The notes: generated by a model from the sequence alone, not told the origin. A stretch of 64,000 bases of DNA from Escherichia coli (GCF_013315695.1 NZ_CP054353.1); one strand, 5' to 3'. Positions 10,682-26,100 are shown, numbered from the stretch's first letter. Numbers and translations are program-made.

Positions 10682-11193
10682 CGGCTGGAAGGATTACCTG
10701 AAGGCCGGATGTGGAAAGGCCCCGAGTCAAACATATTGTTTAACCCGAGGCCCTAACCATCCAACCGTGACAAGTGGAAGGTTAGCGCCTCTTTGAAAAA
10801 GGAGCAAGCGCTATGCCGCAAAAAACGATCATCGTGAGCATTTTATGCTTAACCATGTTGTTGACCGTCTGGATGATACACCGTTCGCCGTGTGAATTCA
10901 GACTTAACATCATGTGGTCAGAATTTGCGGCGTTCTTGCAGTGTAAACCGTAAGAAACCGCAGCGGGGGTGAAAGCCCCCGCTATCCGGTTGTTAAAGGT
11001 TCAGTCGAAAGTCGCACCCTTGCATGCAAGTCACAAAGAAAAAACAAAGCCCGTAGCGTAAAAACTGCGGGCTTTTTTGTTTCAAAGATGGACGTTATAT
11101 GGACACCTGAAAATAAATTCCTTTTATTTTCAATTAATTAACATAATGCAAAAAGCGCCCGCAGGCGCTTTTTAGATTCAGAAAAATTGGGTA

Positions 11194-12507
<1,314 letters not shown>

Positions 12508-12576
12508 TTAAATGGGAGATGTGGCCACAGCCTGCGACCACAGGGATACAGTAACAACATTACCGCAACGATAACA

Positions 12577-13920
12577 TTAACGGTAGCGTTTTATGGGGCT
12601 ATTTTGATCCTGTTCAGCCAGCCAGGCGAGCTTTTCGCCAATCTTGCCTTCAAGGCCCCTGTTTGTCGGGAAATAATAGCGTGTTTGTGCTATTTCCGGC
12701 GGGAAATAAACCTCACCGGCAGCATAAGCGTTTGCTTCATCATGAGCGTAACGATATTCCTGCCCGTAGCCCATTTCCTTCATTAATTTCGTCGGCGCAT
12801 TACGCAAATGAACCGGCACGTCATAATCCGGACGTTCGCGAGCATCGGCCAGCGCGGCTTTAAACGCGGTGTAGACAGCGTTGCTTTTTGGCGCGCAGGC
12901 GAGGTAAACAATCGCCTGAGCAATGGCGCGTTCACCTTCCGCCGGGCCAACGCGAGTAAAGCAATCCCAGGCCGCAATTGCCACCTGCATCGCTCGTGGA
13001 TCAGCATTACCCACATCTTCCGACGCTATCGCCAGACAGCGACGCGCGACATATAACGGATCGCCTCCGGCAGTAATAATTCGCGCATACCAGTACAGCG
13101 CCGCATCGGGTGCGCTACCACGTACCGACTTATGCAGTGCGGAAATGAGATCGTAAAAGCGATCGCCTTTGTTATCAAAGCGGGCGCTACGTTCACCGGC
13201 GATTTCGGTCAGTAATTCAGGTTTCAGGACCCGCTTACCGCTATCATCGACTTCGGCCATATCCGCCATCATTTCCAGCGTATTTAACGCCCGGCGCGCG
13301 TCGCCATTCACCAGTTCAGCAATGGCGCGTCGTGTTTCATCTGGCAGAACAATATCCTGACCACCATAGCCACGGGTCTTGTCTTCCATCGCCTGAGTTA
13401 GTACTTGCTCAATATCCTTTGTACTGAGGGATTTCAGCAGATAGACACGGGCACGGGAAAGCAGTGCCGAATTAAGCTCAAATGACGGGTTTTCAGTGGT
13501 TGCGCCAATAAAAGTGATGGTGCCGTCTTCAATATGTGGCAGAAATGCATCCTGCTGGCTTTTGTTGAAACGGTGAACTTCGTCAACAAAAAGAATAGTG
13601 CGGCGACCTGCATTGCGGTTTTGCCGAGCGCGCTCAATCGCCTCGCGAATCTCTTTCACGCCAGAGGTGACAGCAGAAATACGTTCCACATCAGCGTTCG
13701 CATAGCGGGCAATCACTTCAGCGAGGGTTGTTTTGCCGGTACCCGGTGGCCCCCAGAGGATCATAGAATGCAAATGCCCGGCTTCGATAGCGCGCGGCAA
13801 CGGCTTCCCCGCAGCCAGCAAATGTTGCTGGCCGATATACTGTGCTAAATTTTCTGGCCGCATACGCGCGGCCAGAGGTTGAAAAGTATTATCCGAAAAA
13901 TCGAGCGACAGATTGCTCAC
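12577..13920 (-). CDS. rarA: replication-associated recombination protein A (AAA+ ATPase)
   Basis: 447 aa, Walker [10 protein letters not shown]; synteny serS-rarA-lolA. Confidence 0.95.
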   Translation of the reverse strand: MSNLSLDFSDNTFQPLAARMRPENLAQYIGQQHLLAAGKPLPRAIEAGHLHSMILWGPPGTGKTTLAEVIARYANADVERISAVTSGVKEIREAIERARQNRNAGRRTILFVDEVHRFNKSQQDAFLPHIEDGTITFIGATTENPSFELNSALLSRARVYLLKSLSTKDIEQVLTQAMEDKTRGYGGQDIVLPDETRRAIAELVNGDARRALNTLEMMADMAEVDDSGKRVLKPELLTEIAGERSARFDNKGDRFYDLISALHKSVRGSAPDAALYWYARIITAGGDPLYVARRCLAIASEDVGNADPRAMQVAIAAWDCFTRVGPAEGERAIAQAIVYLACAPKSNAVYTAFKAALADARERPDYDVPVHLRNAPTKLMKEMGYGQEYRYAHDEANAYAAGEVYFPPEIAQTRYYFPTNRGLEGKIGEKLAWLAEQDQNSPIKRYR

Positions 13921-13930
13921 TCAGGTGCCT

Positions 13931-14542
13931 CTACTTACGTTGATCATCTACCGTGACGCCTTGCGGCGGGGTGAAGGTAAATTTCGCTGCATCCACAGCC
14001 CCATTTTGCTGGGATTTCAGCTGATAACTGCTGCGCTGATCGTCCTGCTCCACCGCGCTAAACTGATGGATTGTGCCATCACGTCCCACGTTAATGGTGA
14101 ACTGCTTCAGATTGCCATTGCTGGCTTTCGGCGTCAGGACAAAGTCATCGCCATTCTGTTTGATATTGTACTGCTGCCAGTCGCTGGACTGGTTGCGGGC
14201 AATCAGCATAAACGGCGTATTACCGGTGGCATCTTTCAGCCAGGTTGCCGTAGCTTGCTCAACGAACGGGTTATAGAACCACAGTGTTTTACCGTCAGAA
14301 ACCAGAATGCTTTCGTCAGGTTGAGTCATATGCCAGTTGAATAAGTTTGGACGTTTCACCCACAGATCGCCCTGACCTTCCTGCACCGCCGCGCCGCTAC
14401 CGTCAGTCACTTTTTGTGTGAAGCTGGCGTGGAAGCTGCTGACTTTATCCAGGCGGCTTTTCAGATCGCTTGCGGCATCAGCCCAAACGCTGCTTGCTAC
14501 TAAGCTTGAGAGTAATGCACAGGTGATAGCAATTTTTTTCAT
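13931..14542 (-). CDS. lolA: outer-membrane lipoprotein carrier protein LolA
   Basis: matches E. coli LolA with signal peptide [21 protein letters not shown]. Confidence 0.95.
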
Positions 14543-14700
14543 CATTATTCCTCAAATTACGTCACTCCCGACCGGGAGCTCCCTCTACTCTCTATTCCAG
14601 GCTAATAATCAGCTTGAGGAAAGAAGAAAATACTGAATTTTCAGTTGATAGAGTGCCGGATGCGACGCTACCGCGCCTTTTCCGGCATACGATGCATTAA

Positions 14701-17700
14701 TTAGTCAAACGGCGGTGGGGCCAGCACTTCACGATTACCGTTGTGCCCCTGTTCGCTGACAATCCCCTGCGCTTCCATCTGTTCGATAATACGCGCTGCA
14801 CGGTTATAACCAATGCGGAACTGACGCTGTACGCCAGAAATTGATGCTTTGCGTTTTTCAGTGACAAACTGCACCGCCTGATCGAACAACGGATCCAGTT
14901 CTTCAGCGCCATCGAAACCGCCCGCGCCACCTTCGCTTTCACTGTCGGAGGTGATGCCATCAACATACTGTGGGCGGCCACGCGCTTTCCAGTCCTGCAC
15001 CACGGCATGAACTTCCTGATCGCGAACAAAAGCACCATGAACACGTACCGGCAACGTGGAGTTCGGCCCAGAGTAAAGCATATCCCCCATACCCAGCAGT
15101 GATTCCGCGCCAGCCTGATCAAGAATGGTACGTGAGTCAATCTTACTGGATACGGTAAAGGCGATACGGGTCGGAATATTCGCTTTAATCAGACCAGTAA
15201 TAACATCAACCGATGGACGCTGCGTTGCCAGTACGAGGTGGATACCCGCGGCACGGGCTTTTTGCGCCAGACGTGCTATCAGCTCTTCCACTTTTTTACC
15301 TACCGTCATCATCAGGTCGGCAAATTCGTCCACCAACACCACAATGTACGGTTCTTTTTTCAGCACCGGATGCTGGGCATCCATACTGTCACCCGGCTTC
15401 CAGTACGGGTCTGGAATCGGACGCATCATCCTATCGGCTTCAGCAATTTTTTCGTTATAACCCGCCAGATTACGCACACCCAGCGCAGACATCAGTTTAT
15501 AACGACGCTCCATCTCGTTAACACACCAGCGCAGCGCGTTGGCGGCATCTTTCATATCAGTAACGACTTCCGTTAACAGATGCGGAATGCCTTCATAAAC
15601 CGAAAGCTCCAGCATTTTCGGGTCGATCATGATGAAACGAACATCTTCTGGCTGTGCTTTATAAAGCATGCTCAGGATCATCGCGTTCACACCGACAGAC
15701 TTACCGGAACCGGTAGTCCCCGCAACCAACAAGTGCGGCATTTTTGCCAGATCGGCAACCACCGGCTCACCGGCGATATCTTTACCCAGCACCACGGTTA
15801 ATGGCGACGGATTATCGCGGAATTTGGCGTTATCCAAAACTTCGCGCAGATAAACGGTTTGTCGTTTTTTATTCGGTAACTCCAGACCTACATAGGGTTT
15901 GCCAGGAATAACTTCAACGACACGCACCGCCACCGTCGAAAGTGAACGGGCAAGGTCCCGTGACAAGTTAGAAATGCGCGCCGCTTTTACGCCAGGTGCC
16001 AGGTTAAGTTCAAAGCGAGTGATAACTGGCCCCGGAGAGTAATTGACGACATCGGCTTTAATACGGAAATCAGCCAGACGCGCTTCCACCAGACGCGCCA
16101 TTTGTTCAAGCGCAAAGGTATCTACCGGCTCCACTTCGCTCGGCGGAGGTGTCAACAAATCCAGAGAAGGCAGCGGCGTCGTCGGTTTATGCAACGGACG
16201 GCTGTCGCCATTACGCATCAACAGCGGATGAAGCAGGGTATCCTGCGGCTGTGGCGCAACTGGCTGTTGTGGCTGCTGATACTGCGGCTGCGGCGCAACT
16301 GGCTGTTGTGGCTGCTGATATTGCTGCTGCGGCGCAACCGGTTGTTGTGGCTGCTGATACTGCGGCTGCGGCGCAACTGGCTGTTGCGGCTGCTGATATT
16401 GCGGCTGTGGTGCAACCGGCTGTTGCGGCTGCTGATATTGCTGCTGCGGTGCAACCGGCTGTTGCGGCTGCTGATATTGCTGCTGCGGTGCAACCGGCTG
16501 TTGCGGCTGCTGATACTGCGGCTGCGGCGCAACTGGTTGCTGCGGCTGCTGATACTGTTGCTGCGGTGCAATCGGTTGTTGCGGCTGCTGTACAGGTTCA
16601 ACAATTGGCGTAAACAGCGGTTCGTGTGGACCATCATCCAGCAATGCTTTCATTGGCGAAAATTCAAAATCATCCAGAGTGAACGGATTCGCCCCAGCCG
16701 GTTGTTCGCCGGAATAACGTTGTTGTTGAGTTTGAGCAAACTGACGAGCCAGTTCAGCCTCTGCCGCAGCATCTGCATCTTCTGCGTTCACGGGCACATC
16801 ATGTTGATACTGTTCGCCGTAGCGTTGCTGCTGTGTCTGGGCGAATTGACGCGCCAGTTCATCCTGCTGCATCGCATCGATTTCATCATCGTTATACTGA
16901 TCGCCAGAATCATACTGATTGCGCTGGGCTTCACGGGCTTTTTCTTCTGCCGCACGCTGTGAGGGCAGCTTAATACCGTAAGACGCCAGTTCACGACGAG
17001 TTGGCACGCGGATGCGTTTCGGTCGTGGCAACTGGGGGCCAATCCCCTCTTTGACCTGTGGACGCGGTCCACCGCTATTTGCCAGACTGAAGACTGGCGC
17101 GGCAACGGTTGCGGCAGCCCCCGTCGCCAGTGTCGCTTTTTTCACGCCAGATGCCAGCGGAGAAACGGCGGCAGCGGCTTCCACTGGAGGTACTGCTGCA
17201 ACAGAAGGTGCTTTTAGCGAAGATTTGATCGGTTCTGGTTCTTTAACAGGTTCTGGAATCGGTTGATACCAGGCCGCAAGTTGTTCACGTTCACGGGCAC
17301 GCTTCTCTTCCACTTCTTCAAAATAGTAAAGCGGCGGACGCGCGGGTTTTGTCTCTTCTACAACGGGTTCAGGCTCCACAACAGGCTGCTGTTCAACGGG
17401 TTGCGGCTGTTGGTACAACGGCTCCTGAGCGGCTGGCTGCTGATAAGTTTGCTCCGTCTGGTATGTAGACTGTGGAGCAAAAGTGGATTGCTGCTCTTCG
17501 GCTTGCCAGGCGTTACCTGCCACCGATTGTTCTGGCGCAGGGGCGTAATACGGCTGTTGCGCAGACTGTTCCGGCGCAGGAGCGTAGTAAGGTTGTTGCG
17601 CAGATTGTTCAGCTGCAGGTGCATAATACGGCTGCTGTGGCTGTACTGGTTGTTGCAGCGGCTCATTATATTGCACTGCAGGCTGCGCATATTGTGGCTG

Positions 17701-18849
17701 CTGTGGGTAACCTTCCGGTGCAGGAGCAATAACCGGCTCTCCCGTTTGTGGCCCCGGTACAGGCTGCCAGGCTACTGTAGGTTGTGCAGGTGGAACATCA
17801 ACAGAGGCAACAGGCGGCGTCTGAGTCACAGGTTCAACCGGCGCAGCCCAGCTTTGTGTCGCCGTGGTAGCAGCAGCTGCTACAGCAACAGGTTCGGTAA
17901 TTGGCGCACCGTTTAATAATGGATCGTACTCGTCATATTCTGGCTGCGTTGCACGATTGCCCGAAAAGAGGACGTCGTCAGGGTCGGCAGCCACACCGCG
18001 TGCAGTGTAGGTAATCTCTTCGTCATCATCCATCCGCTTACCGGAGAACAACGCAGCGTCTGTTTGCCGCCCCATCGGATTAATGAATTTTTCCGCCAAC
18101 CGTTTACGACGCGCTAGCGCGCCGCGAAGAATACGGGCACGGCGTGATTCATGCTGTTTGCCGTGACTTTCATCTTCTTCATATTCTTCGTCGTCTTCAT
18201 ACTCATCTTCATCGACCCAGGTATCATCGCGACGGGTACGATTACTGGCGAAGGTAAGAATATTTAAAATCCAGCCGCCGAGTTTTTCAGCAATGGTCAC
18301 CCATGACCAACCGGTGAACAGCGTCAGGCCCGCTGCCCAAACGCAGAGCAGTGCAATAGTTCCCCCGCTACTGTGTAGCAGTGGTTGTAGCGTAGTGCTC
18401 AGTAAGCTGCCAATGACGCCACCGGAGGCAAAATACCAGATATCGTCAGCGTTGATTGCCGCCAGACCACAGGAGGTAAGGATGAGCGCCAAAACGCCAA
18501 TGATGCGTAGCGAAACGGCAAAATAATCAATGTATTCGTCGCTGGACTGATGACGCCAGGCAAACCAACAACCGCCGACAATAATGACGGGAATGGTGTA
18601 AGCCATCACGCCAAAAATAAAGAACAGCGTATCTGCCAGCCATGCACCGGGCATCCCACCTAAATTATGGATAGGTTCATGCCAGGCCGTTTGCGACCAG
18701 CTGGGGTCCGAAGGGTTAAAGCTTAGTAAGGCAGCCATCAACCAGACGGCAAACAGGACAATAAGGATCAGCAACGCCTCCAGAAGGCGGCGGCCGCTAC
18801 TTAACTTTGTCAATGTGACTTCTTTGTCTTCAGTGTATTCCTGGCTCAA
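14701..18849 (-). CDS. ftsK: DNA translocase FtsK
   Basis: 1382 aa; N-terminal membrane domain, long PQ-rich linker, C-terminal motor and gamma domain. Confidence 0.95.
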   Translation of the reverse strand: MSQEYTEDKEVTLTKLSSGRRLLEALLILIVLFAVWLMAALLSFNPSDPSWSQTAWHEPIHNLGGMPGAWLADTLFFIFGVMAYTIPVIIVGGCWFAWRHQSSDEYIDYFAVSLRIIGVLALILTSCGLAAINADDIWYFASGGVIGSLLSTTLQPLLHSSGGTIALLCVWAAGLTLFTGWSWVTIAEKLGGWILNILTFASNRTRRDDTWVDEDEYEDDEEYEEDESHGKQHESRRARILRGALARRKRLAEKFINPMGRQTDAALFSGKRMDDDEEITYTARGVAADPDDVLFSGNRATQPEYDEYDPLLNGAPITEPVAVAAAATTATQSWAAPVEPVTQTPPVASVDVPPAQPTVAWQPVPGPQTGEPVIAPAPEGYPQQPQYAQPAVQYNEPLQQPVQPQQPYYAPAAEQSAQQPYYAPAPEQSAQQPYYAPAPEQSVAGNAWQAEEQQSTFAPQSTYQTEQTYQQPAAQEPLYQQPQPVEQQPVVEPEPVVEETKPARPPLYYFEEVEEKRAREREQLAAWYQPIPEPVKEPEPIKSSLKAPSVAAVPPVEAAAAVSPLASGVKKATLATGAAATVAAPVFSLANSGGPRPQVKEGIGPQLPRPKRIRVPTRRELASYGIKLPSQRAAEEKAREAQRNQYDSGDQYNDDEIDAMQQDELARQFAQTQQQRYGEQYQHDVPVNAEDADAAAEAELARQFAQTQQQRYSGEQPAGANPFTLDDFEFSPMKALLDDGPHEPLFTPIVEPVQQPQQPIAPQQQYQQPQQPVAPQPQYQQPQQPVAPQQQYQQPQQPVAPQQQYQQPQQPVAPQPQYQQPQQPVAPQPQYQQPQQPVAPQQQYQQPQQPVAPQPQYQQPQQPVAPQPQDTLLHPLLMRNGDSRPLHKPTTPLPSLDLLTPPPSEVEPVDTFALEQMARLVEARLADFRIKADVVNYSPGPVITRFELNLAPGVKAARISNLSRDLARSLSTVAVRVVEVIPGKPYVGLELPNKKRQTVYLREVLDNAKFRDNPSPLTVVLGKDIAGEPVVADLAKMPHLLVAGTTGSGKSVGVNAMILSMLYKAQPEDVRFIMIDPKMLELSVYEGIPHLLTEVVTDMKDAANALRWCVNEMERRYKLMSALGVRNLAGYNEKIAEADRMMRPIPDPYWKPGDSMDAQHPVLKKEPYIVVLVDEFADLMMTVGKKVEELIARLAQKARAAGIHLVLATQRPSVDVITGLIKANIPTRIAFTVSSKIDSRTILDQAGAESLLGMGDMLYSGPNSTLPVRVHGAFVRDQEVHAVVQDWKARGRPQYVDGITSDSESEGGAGGFDGAEELDPLFDQAVQFVTEKRKASISGVQRQFRIGYNRAARIIEQMEAQGIVSEQGHNGNREVLAPPPFD
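16240..16600. repeat. in-frame tandem 39-nt repeats in the ftsK linker (PQQPVAPQ(P/Q)QYQQ x ~9)
   Basis: repeated CTGTTGTGGCTGCTGATACTGCGGCTGCGGCGCAACTGG units on the + strand. Confidence 0.8.
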
Positions 18850-18983
18850 GAAAGGCTCTCCAGGTTACAGGCTTTTCCTGCCCGATGCTAAAACGGACAA
18901 CAGTACCAGGTTACCCCAGTACTGTTGCTGTATGGATTAACAGGAGTGTAATCAAAATACGCCGATTTTGCACCTGTTCCGTG

Positions 18984-19478
18984 TTAGCGCGTCTTAATAA
19001 CCAGACGATTACTCTGCTTGACTTCTTCCATAACAACGTATGTCCGTGTGTCATTGACGCCAGGCAGACGCAGCAGGGTTTCCCCCAGCAACTTACGGTA
19101 AGCTGACATATCCGGCACGCGTGTTTTCAACAGGTAGTCGAAATCACCGGACACTAAATGACACTCCTGAATTTCTTCAAGTTTTTGTACAGCGGTATTG
19201 AATTGTTCAAACACATCCGGTGCGCCACGATTCAGAGTAATCTCAACGAATACCAGAAGTGATGCATCCAGATAATGGGGGTTCAGCAGCGCCGTATAGC
19301 CCTGAATAAACCCTTGTCTTTCCAGCCGACGCACACGCTCAAGGCACGGCGTTGGGGAAAGTCCCACACGTTTAGAAAGCTCGACGTTAGAAATACGCCC
19401 ATCCTTTTGCAACTCATTAAGAATGTTACGATCGATACGGTCGAGATCTTTGCCAGGGCGCTTCTTGCTATCTACCAT
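18984..19478 (-). CDS. lrp: leucine-responsive regulatory protein
   Basis: 164 aa from ATG 19478 (MVDSKKRPGKDLDRIDRNILNELQKDGRISN); track ORF starts upstream. Confidence 0.95.
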   Translation of the reverse strand: MVDSKKRPGKDLDRIDRNILNELQKDGRISNVELSKRVGLSPTPCLERVRRLERQGFIQGYTALLNPHYLDASLLVFVEITLNRGAPDVFEQFNTAVQKLEEIQECHLVSGDFDYLLKTRVPDMSAYRKLLGETLLRLPGVNDTRTYVVMEEVKQSNRLVIKTR

Positions 19479-19905
19479 TATTATTGTCTCTCTGTATTCC
19501 TTCCCTACTCCTGTCTGACCCTGAAACATCACTGTTCAGAGTCGCTACCCGTCACGATAGACCGAAATCATGAAGATTCACGGCGCGCAATGCCTGGGTC
19601 TACGGTGAGAAGACCGTTGCCTTGTGGCAGCTATCGACATCACGAATGGCGTCTGTCCACGCCATACGTAGATTTCACTAGCACGGTAAACATGGTATTT
19701 ACATGCATGATTATGCGCATATAAGAATACTGTTTTTTTTCTTCCTAGAATGTTTTCGCAAAACACCAGGGGATTGTCAAAGCAAAACATCGATTTTTAG
19801 TACAACATGCCAGATATTCATTAACAGGGGCGTTTATTCATCATTTAATCGGCTTATAAAGCGGGAAATTTAAGTAGCAGAGGTGATAATGACGGGAGAA
19901 TTTGA

Positions 19906-20988
<1,083 letters not shown>

Positions 20989-21110
20989 TTTTACAAATCA
21001 GTAACAAAAGTAAAGAAGGCGACACCATGCGACTATGGGTCGCCTTTATTTTTTCCTCGTTGTAACATTGCTCTGCAAATAATTCTGATAACTCACCTGC
21101 TAAGCGTGCA

Positions 21111-22877
21111 ATGAATAAATCCCGTCAAAAAGAGTTAACCCGCTGGTTAAAACAGCAAAGCGTCATCTCCCAACGTTGGCTGAATATTTCTCGTCTGCTG
21201 GGCTTTGTGAGCGGCATATTGATCATTGCCCAGGCCTGGTTCATGGCGCGAATTCTGCAACATATGATTATGGAGAATATTCCCCGTGAAGCCCTGCTGC
21301 TTCCCTTTACGTTACTGGTTCTGACCTTTGTACTGCGCGCATGGGTGGTCTGGTTACGCGAACGGGTGGGTTATCACGCCGGGCAGCATATCCGCTTTGC
21401 CATCCGCCGTCAGGTTCTCGACCGTCTGCAACAAGCAGGGCCAGCGTGGATTCAGGGTAAACCGGCGGGGAGCTGGGCGACGCTGGTACTCGAGCAAATT
21501 GACGATATGCATGATTACTATGCACGCTACCTGCCGCAAATGGCGCTGGCAGTGTCGGTGCCGTTGCTGATTGTGGTGGCTATCTTCCCCTCTAACTGGG
21601 CTGCGGCGCTCATTCTGCTGGGCACTGCTCCGTTAATTCCGTTGTTTATGGCGCTGGTTGGAATGGGGGCTGCCGATGCTAACCGACGTAACTTTCTCGC
21701 TCTTGCTCGCTTAAGTGGGCATTTTCTCGATCGCCTGCGCGGCATGGAAACATTGCGTATTTTTGGTCGTGGTGAAGCTGAAATTGAAAGTATTCGTTCT
21801 GCTTCGGAAGATTTCCGCCAACGGACAATGGAAGTGCTACGGCTGGCGTTTTTATCCTCCGGCATTCTCGAATTTTTTACCTCGCTGTCAATTGCTCTGG
21901 TGGCGGTCTACTTTGGTTTTTCCTACCTCGGCGAGCTGGATTTTGGTCACTACGATACTGGCGTGACGCTGGCTGCGGGTTTTCTGGCCCTGATCCTTGC
22001 GCCAGAGTTTTTCCAGCCATTACGCGATCTCGGTACGTTTTATCATGCTAAAGCCCAGGCTGTTGGTGCAGCTGACAGTTTGAAAACGTTTATGGAAACC
22101 CCGCTCGCCCATCCGCAGCGCGGTGAGGCGGAATTAGCATCGACCGAGCCGGTGACCATTGAAGCCGAGGATCTGTTTATCACGTCGCCGGAAGGTAAAA
22201 CGCTGGCCGGACCGCTGAATTTTACTTTGCCAGCAGGCCAACGAGCAGTGTTGGTTGGTCGCAGCGGTTCAGGTAAAAGTTCACTGTTGAACGCGCTTTC
22301 TGGTTTTCTCTCATATCAGGGATCGCTACGAATCAACGGGATAGAATTACGCGATTTATCACCGGAATCATGGCGTAAGCATCTCTCCTGGGTTGGGCAA
22401 AACCCACAATTACCGGCAGCAACACTACGGGATAACGTACTACTGGCACGACCTGATGCCAGCGAACACGAGTTACAAACAGCGCTGGATAACGCTTGGG
22501 TCAGTGAGTTTCTACCGCTCCTGCCACAAGGCGTTGATACGCCTGTTGGCGACCAGGCTGCCCGCCTTTCCGTGGGGCAGGCACAGCGCGTGGCGGTGGC
22601 CCGTGCGTTACTAAATCCCTGTTCGCTATTACTGTTGGATGAACCCGCTGCCAGCCTTGATGCTCACAGTGAACAGCGCGTAATGGAGGCGCTGAATGCC
22701 GCCTCTCTGCGCCAGACAACGTTAATGGTCACCCACCAGTTAGAAGATCTTGCTGACTGGGATGTCATTTGGGTAATGCAGGATGGTCAGATTATTGAGC
22801 AAGGACGTTACGCGGAATTAAGCGTGGCTGGTGGTCCTTTCGCCACATTGCTGGCCCATCGTCAGGAGGAGATTTAA
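21111..22877 (+). CDS. cydD: cysteine/glutathione ABC exporter subunit CydD
   Basis: 588 aa matching E. coli CydD. Confidence 0.95.
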   Translation: MNKSRQKELTRWLKQQSVISQRWLNISRLLGFVSGILIIAQAWFMARILQHMIMENIPREALLLPFTLLVLTFVLRAWVVWLRERVGYHAGQHIRFAIRRQVLDRLQQAGPAWIQGKPAGSWATLVLEQIDDMHDYYARYLPQMALAVSVPLLIVVAIFPSNWAAALILLGTAPLIPLFMALVGMGAADANRRNFLALARLSGHFLDRLRGMETLRIFGRGEAEIESIRSASEDFRQRTMEVLRLAFLSSGILEFFTSLSIALVAVYFGFSYLGELDFGHYDTGVTLAAGFLALILAPEFFQPLRDLGTFYHAKAQAVGAADSLKTFMETPLAHPQRGEAELASTEPVTIEAEDLFITSPEGKTLAGPLNFTLPAGQRAVLVGRSGSGKSSLLNALSGFLSYQGSLRINGIELRDLSPESWRKHLSWVGQNPQLPAATLRDNVLLARPDASEHELQTALDNAWVSEFLPLLPQGVDTPVGDQAARLSVGQAQRVAVARALLNPCSLLLLDEPAASLDAHSEQRVMEALNAASLRQTTLMVTHQLEDLADWDVIWVMQDGQIIEQGRYAELSVAGGPFATLLAHRQEEI

Positions 22878-24599
22878 ATGCGCGCTTTGCTACCCTATCT
22901 GGCACTGTATAAACGTCATAAATGGATGTTAAGTCTTGGTATTGTGCTGGCAATTGTCACGCTGCTCGCCAGTATCGGTCTGTTGACACTTTCCGGCTGG
23001 TTCCTCTCCGCCTCAGCGGTAGCGGGGGTTGCCGGACTGTACAGCTTCAACTATATGCTACCCGCTGCGGGCGTGCGTGGCGCAGCAATCACCCGTACTG
23101 CCGGGCGCTATTTTGAACGTCTGGTAAGTCACGACGCGACTTTCCGCGTGTTGCAGCATCTGCGCATTTATACCTTCAGCAAATTGCTGCCCCTCTCCCC
23201 TGCCGGACTGGCGCGCTATCGTCAGGGCGAATTGCTCAACCGCGTGGTGGCGGATGTTGATACGCTCGATCATCTTTACCTGCGCGTTATCTCGCCGCTG
23301 GTGGGCGCTTTTGTGGTGATTATGGTGGTGACAATCGGGTTAAGTTTCCTTGATTTCACCCTCGCCTTTACGCTGGGCGGCATTATGTTACTGACGCTTT
23401 TCCTTATGCCACCACTGTTTTATCGTGCGGGAAAAAGCACCGGGCAAAATCTGACTCATCTTCGCGGGCAGTATCGCCAACAACTGACGGCCTGGCTGCA
23501 AGGGCAAGCTGAGCTGACCATTTTTGGTGCCAGCGATCGTTATCGCACGCAGTTAGAGAATACCGAAATTCAGTGGCTGGAAGCGCAACGTCGTCAATCT
23601 GAACTCACCGCATTGTCGCAAGCGATAATGCTGCTCATTGGCGCGTTAGCGGTGATCCTGATGCTGTGGATGGCGTCTGGCGGCGTTGGCGGCAATGCTC
23701 AACCCGGCGCGTTAATTGCCCTGTTTGTCTTCTGCGCGTTAGCCGCGTTTGAAGCACTGGCACCAGTAACGGGTGCATTTCAGCATCTGGGGCAAGTCAT
23801 TGCCTCTGCCGTACGGATCACTGACTTAACGGATCAAAAACCGGAGGTCACCTTCCCTGATACCCAAACTCGTGTTGCCGATCGCGTTTCGCTGACGTTA
23901 CGGGATGTTCAGTTCACTTATCCGGAGCAATCCCAACAGGCACTTGAAGGGATTTCTCTTCAGGTAAACGCCGGAGAACATATAGCGATTCTCGGGCGAA
24001 CCGGATGCGGCAAATCAACATTGTTACAACTGCTGACCCGCGCATGGGACCCGCAACAGGGCGAGATTTTGCTTAACGATAGCCCCATAGCCAGCCTGAA
24101 TGAAGCGACTCTACGACAGACCATCAGCGTTGTGCCACAGCGAGTGCATCTGTTTAGCGCCACGCTGCGTGATAATCTGTTACTCGCCTCACCTGGCAGT
24201 AGTGATGAGGCTCTGGCGGAGATCTTACGTCGCGTTGGTCTGGAGAAGCTGCTCGAGGATGCAGGTCTCAACAGTTGGTTAGGTGAAGGCGGACGCCAGC
24301 TCTCCGGTGGTGAACTGCGCCGTCTGGCTATCGCCCGTGCGCTGTTACATGATGCGCCGCTGGTATTGCTGGATGAACCTACAGAAGGCTTAGATGCCAC
24401 AACCGAAAGTCAGATCCTTGAATTGCTTGCAGAAATGATGTGCGAGAAAACGGTGTTAATGGTCACCCATCGACTTCGCGGACTCTCTCGTTTCCAACAA
24501 ATAATAGTGATGGACAACGGGCAAATTATTGAGCAAGGTACTCACGCAGAACTGCTTGCCAGACAGGGGCGTTATTACCAGTTTAAGCAGGGTTTGTAA
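22878..24599 (+). CDS. cydC: cysteine/glutathione ABC exporter subunit CydC
   Basis: 573 aa; adjacent to cydD; ABC motifs. Confidence 0.95.
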   Translation: MRALLPYLALYKRHKWMLSLGIVLAIVTLLASIGLLTLSGWFLSASAVAGVAGLYSFNYMLPAAGVRGAAITRTAGRYFERLVSHDATFRVLQHLRIYTFSKLLPLSPAGLARYRQGELLNRVVADVDTLDHLYLRVISPLVGAFVVIMVVTIGLSFLDFTLAFTLGGIMLLTLFLMPPLFYRAGKSTGQNLTHLRGQYRQQLTAWLQGQAELTIFGASDRYRTQLENTEIQWLEAQRRQSELTALSQAIMLLIGALAVILMLWMASGGVGGNAQPGALIALFVFCALAAFEALAPVTGAFQHLGQVIASAVRITDLTDQKPEVTFPDTQTRVADRVSLTLRDVQFTYPEQSQQALEGISLQVNAGEHIAILGRTGCGKSTLLQLLTRAWDPQQGEILLNDSPIASLNEATLRQTISVVPQRVHLFSATLRDNLLLASPGSSDEALAEILRRVGLEKLLEDAGLNSWLGEGGRQLSGGELRRLAIARALLHDAPLVLLDEPTEGLDATTESQILELLAEMMCEKTVLMVTHRLRGLSRFQQIIVMDNGQIIEQGTHAELLARQGRYYQFKQGL

Positions 24600-24640
24600 G
24601 CTATTATTGAACGATCCGACTTGCGTGGAGTTTTGCGGTC

Positions 24641-25345
24641 ATGCGCCTGGTTCAGCTTTCTCGCCATTCAATAGCCTTCCCTTCCCCGGAAGGCGCATTA
24701 CGTGAGCCTAACGGCCTGCTGGCACTGGGGGGCGATCTTAGCCCTGCGCGCCTGTTAATGGCTTATCAGCGTGGTATTTTCCCGTGGTTTTCTCCAGGCG
24801 ACCCCATCCTCTGGTGGTCGCCCGATCCTCGCGCGGTACTATGGCCTGAATCATTGCATATCAGCCGTAGTATGAAACGATTTCATAAACGCTCGCCCTA
24901 TCGTGTCACGATGAATTACGCCTTTGGTCAGGTCATTGAAGGCTGTGCCAGCGATCGCGAAGAAGGAACCTGGATCACGCGTGGCGTGGTCGAAGCCTAC
25001 CATCGTCTTCACGAACTCGGTCATGCCCACTCCATCGAAGTCTGGTGTGAAGATGAGCTTGTTGGCGGTATGTACGGTGTGGCCCAGGGAACACTATTTT
25101 GTGGCGAGTCCATGTTCAGCCGGATGGAAAATGCGTCTAAAACGGCGCTTCTGGTATTCTGTGAGGAATTTATCGGTCATGGCGGTAAACTTATCGACTG
25201 CCAGGTCCTTAACGATCACACAGCGTCGCTTGGTGCCTGCGAAATTCCCCGCCGGGATTACCTCAATTATCTCAATCAAATGCGCCTCGGACGATTGCCG
25301 AATAATTTCTGGGTACCACGGTGCTTGTTTTCACCACAAGAATGA
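24641..25345 (+). CDS. aat: leucyl/phenylalanyl-tRNA--protein transferase
   Basis: 234 aa; synteny cydC-aat-infA. Confidence 0.9.
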   Translation: MRLVQLSRHSIAFPSPEGALREPNGLLALGGDLSPARLLMAYQRGIFPWFSPGDPILWWSPDPRAVLWPESLHISRSMKRFHKRSPYRVTMNYAFGQVIEGCASDREEGTWITRGVVEAYHRLHELGHAHSIEVWCEDELVGGMYGVAQGTLFCGESMFSRMENASKTALLVFCEEFIGHGGKLIDCQVLNDHTASLGACEIPRRDYLNYLNQMRLGRLPNNFWVPRCLFSPQE

Positions 25346-25625
25346 ATGTTTTCGGCACATTTCTCCCCAGAGTGTTATAATTGCGGTCGCAGAGTTGGTT
25401 ACGCTCATTACCCCGCTGCCGATAAGGAATTTTCGCGTCAGGTAACGCCTATCGTTTATCTCACCGCTCCCTTATACGTTGCGCTTTTGGTGCGGCTTAG
25501 CCGTGTGTTTTCGGAGTAATGTGCCGAACCTGTTTGTTGCGATTTAGCGCGCAAATCTTTACTTATTTACAGAACTTCGGCATTATCTTGCCGGTTCAAA
25601 TTACGGTAGTGATACCCCAGAGGAT

Positions 25626-25847
<222 letters not shown>

Positions 25848-26100
25848 TTGTTTTACCGCCTGATGGGCGAAGAGAAAGAACGAGTAAAAGGTCGGTTTAA
25901 CCGGCCTTTTTATTTTGTGATATGTAGGAAGTACTTTGGAAGTATAAGTCCATAACTTGTCTCGATGTAGATATACTGCACAACTTGTTTACAGTATGAG
26001 CAAACAATAATTATCATTAAAATTCTTCTTGACCGTTTTACTCCAACTCCCTATAGTAGCGCCCCGTTGCCCCCCATGAGGTCAGGCAGCAAAACAATTT

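Noticed and set aside
16102-17916. Several long antisense and out-of-frame ORFs (286 aa, 154 aa, 139 aa, 217 aa) and possible CRISPR-like repeats inside ftsK
   Set aside because: They arise from the in-frame tandem repeats of the ftsK linker; the repeats are perfect coding repeats with no unique spacers and no cas genes.
21307-24400. Antisense ORFs of 60-150 aa inside cydD and cydC
   Set aside because: Fully contained in conserved genes on the opposite strand; typical of high-GC coding DNA.
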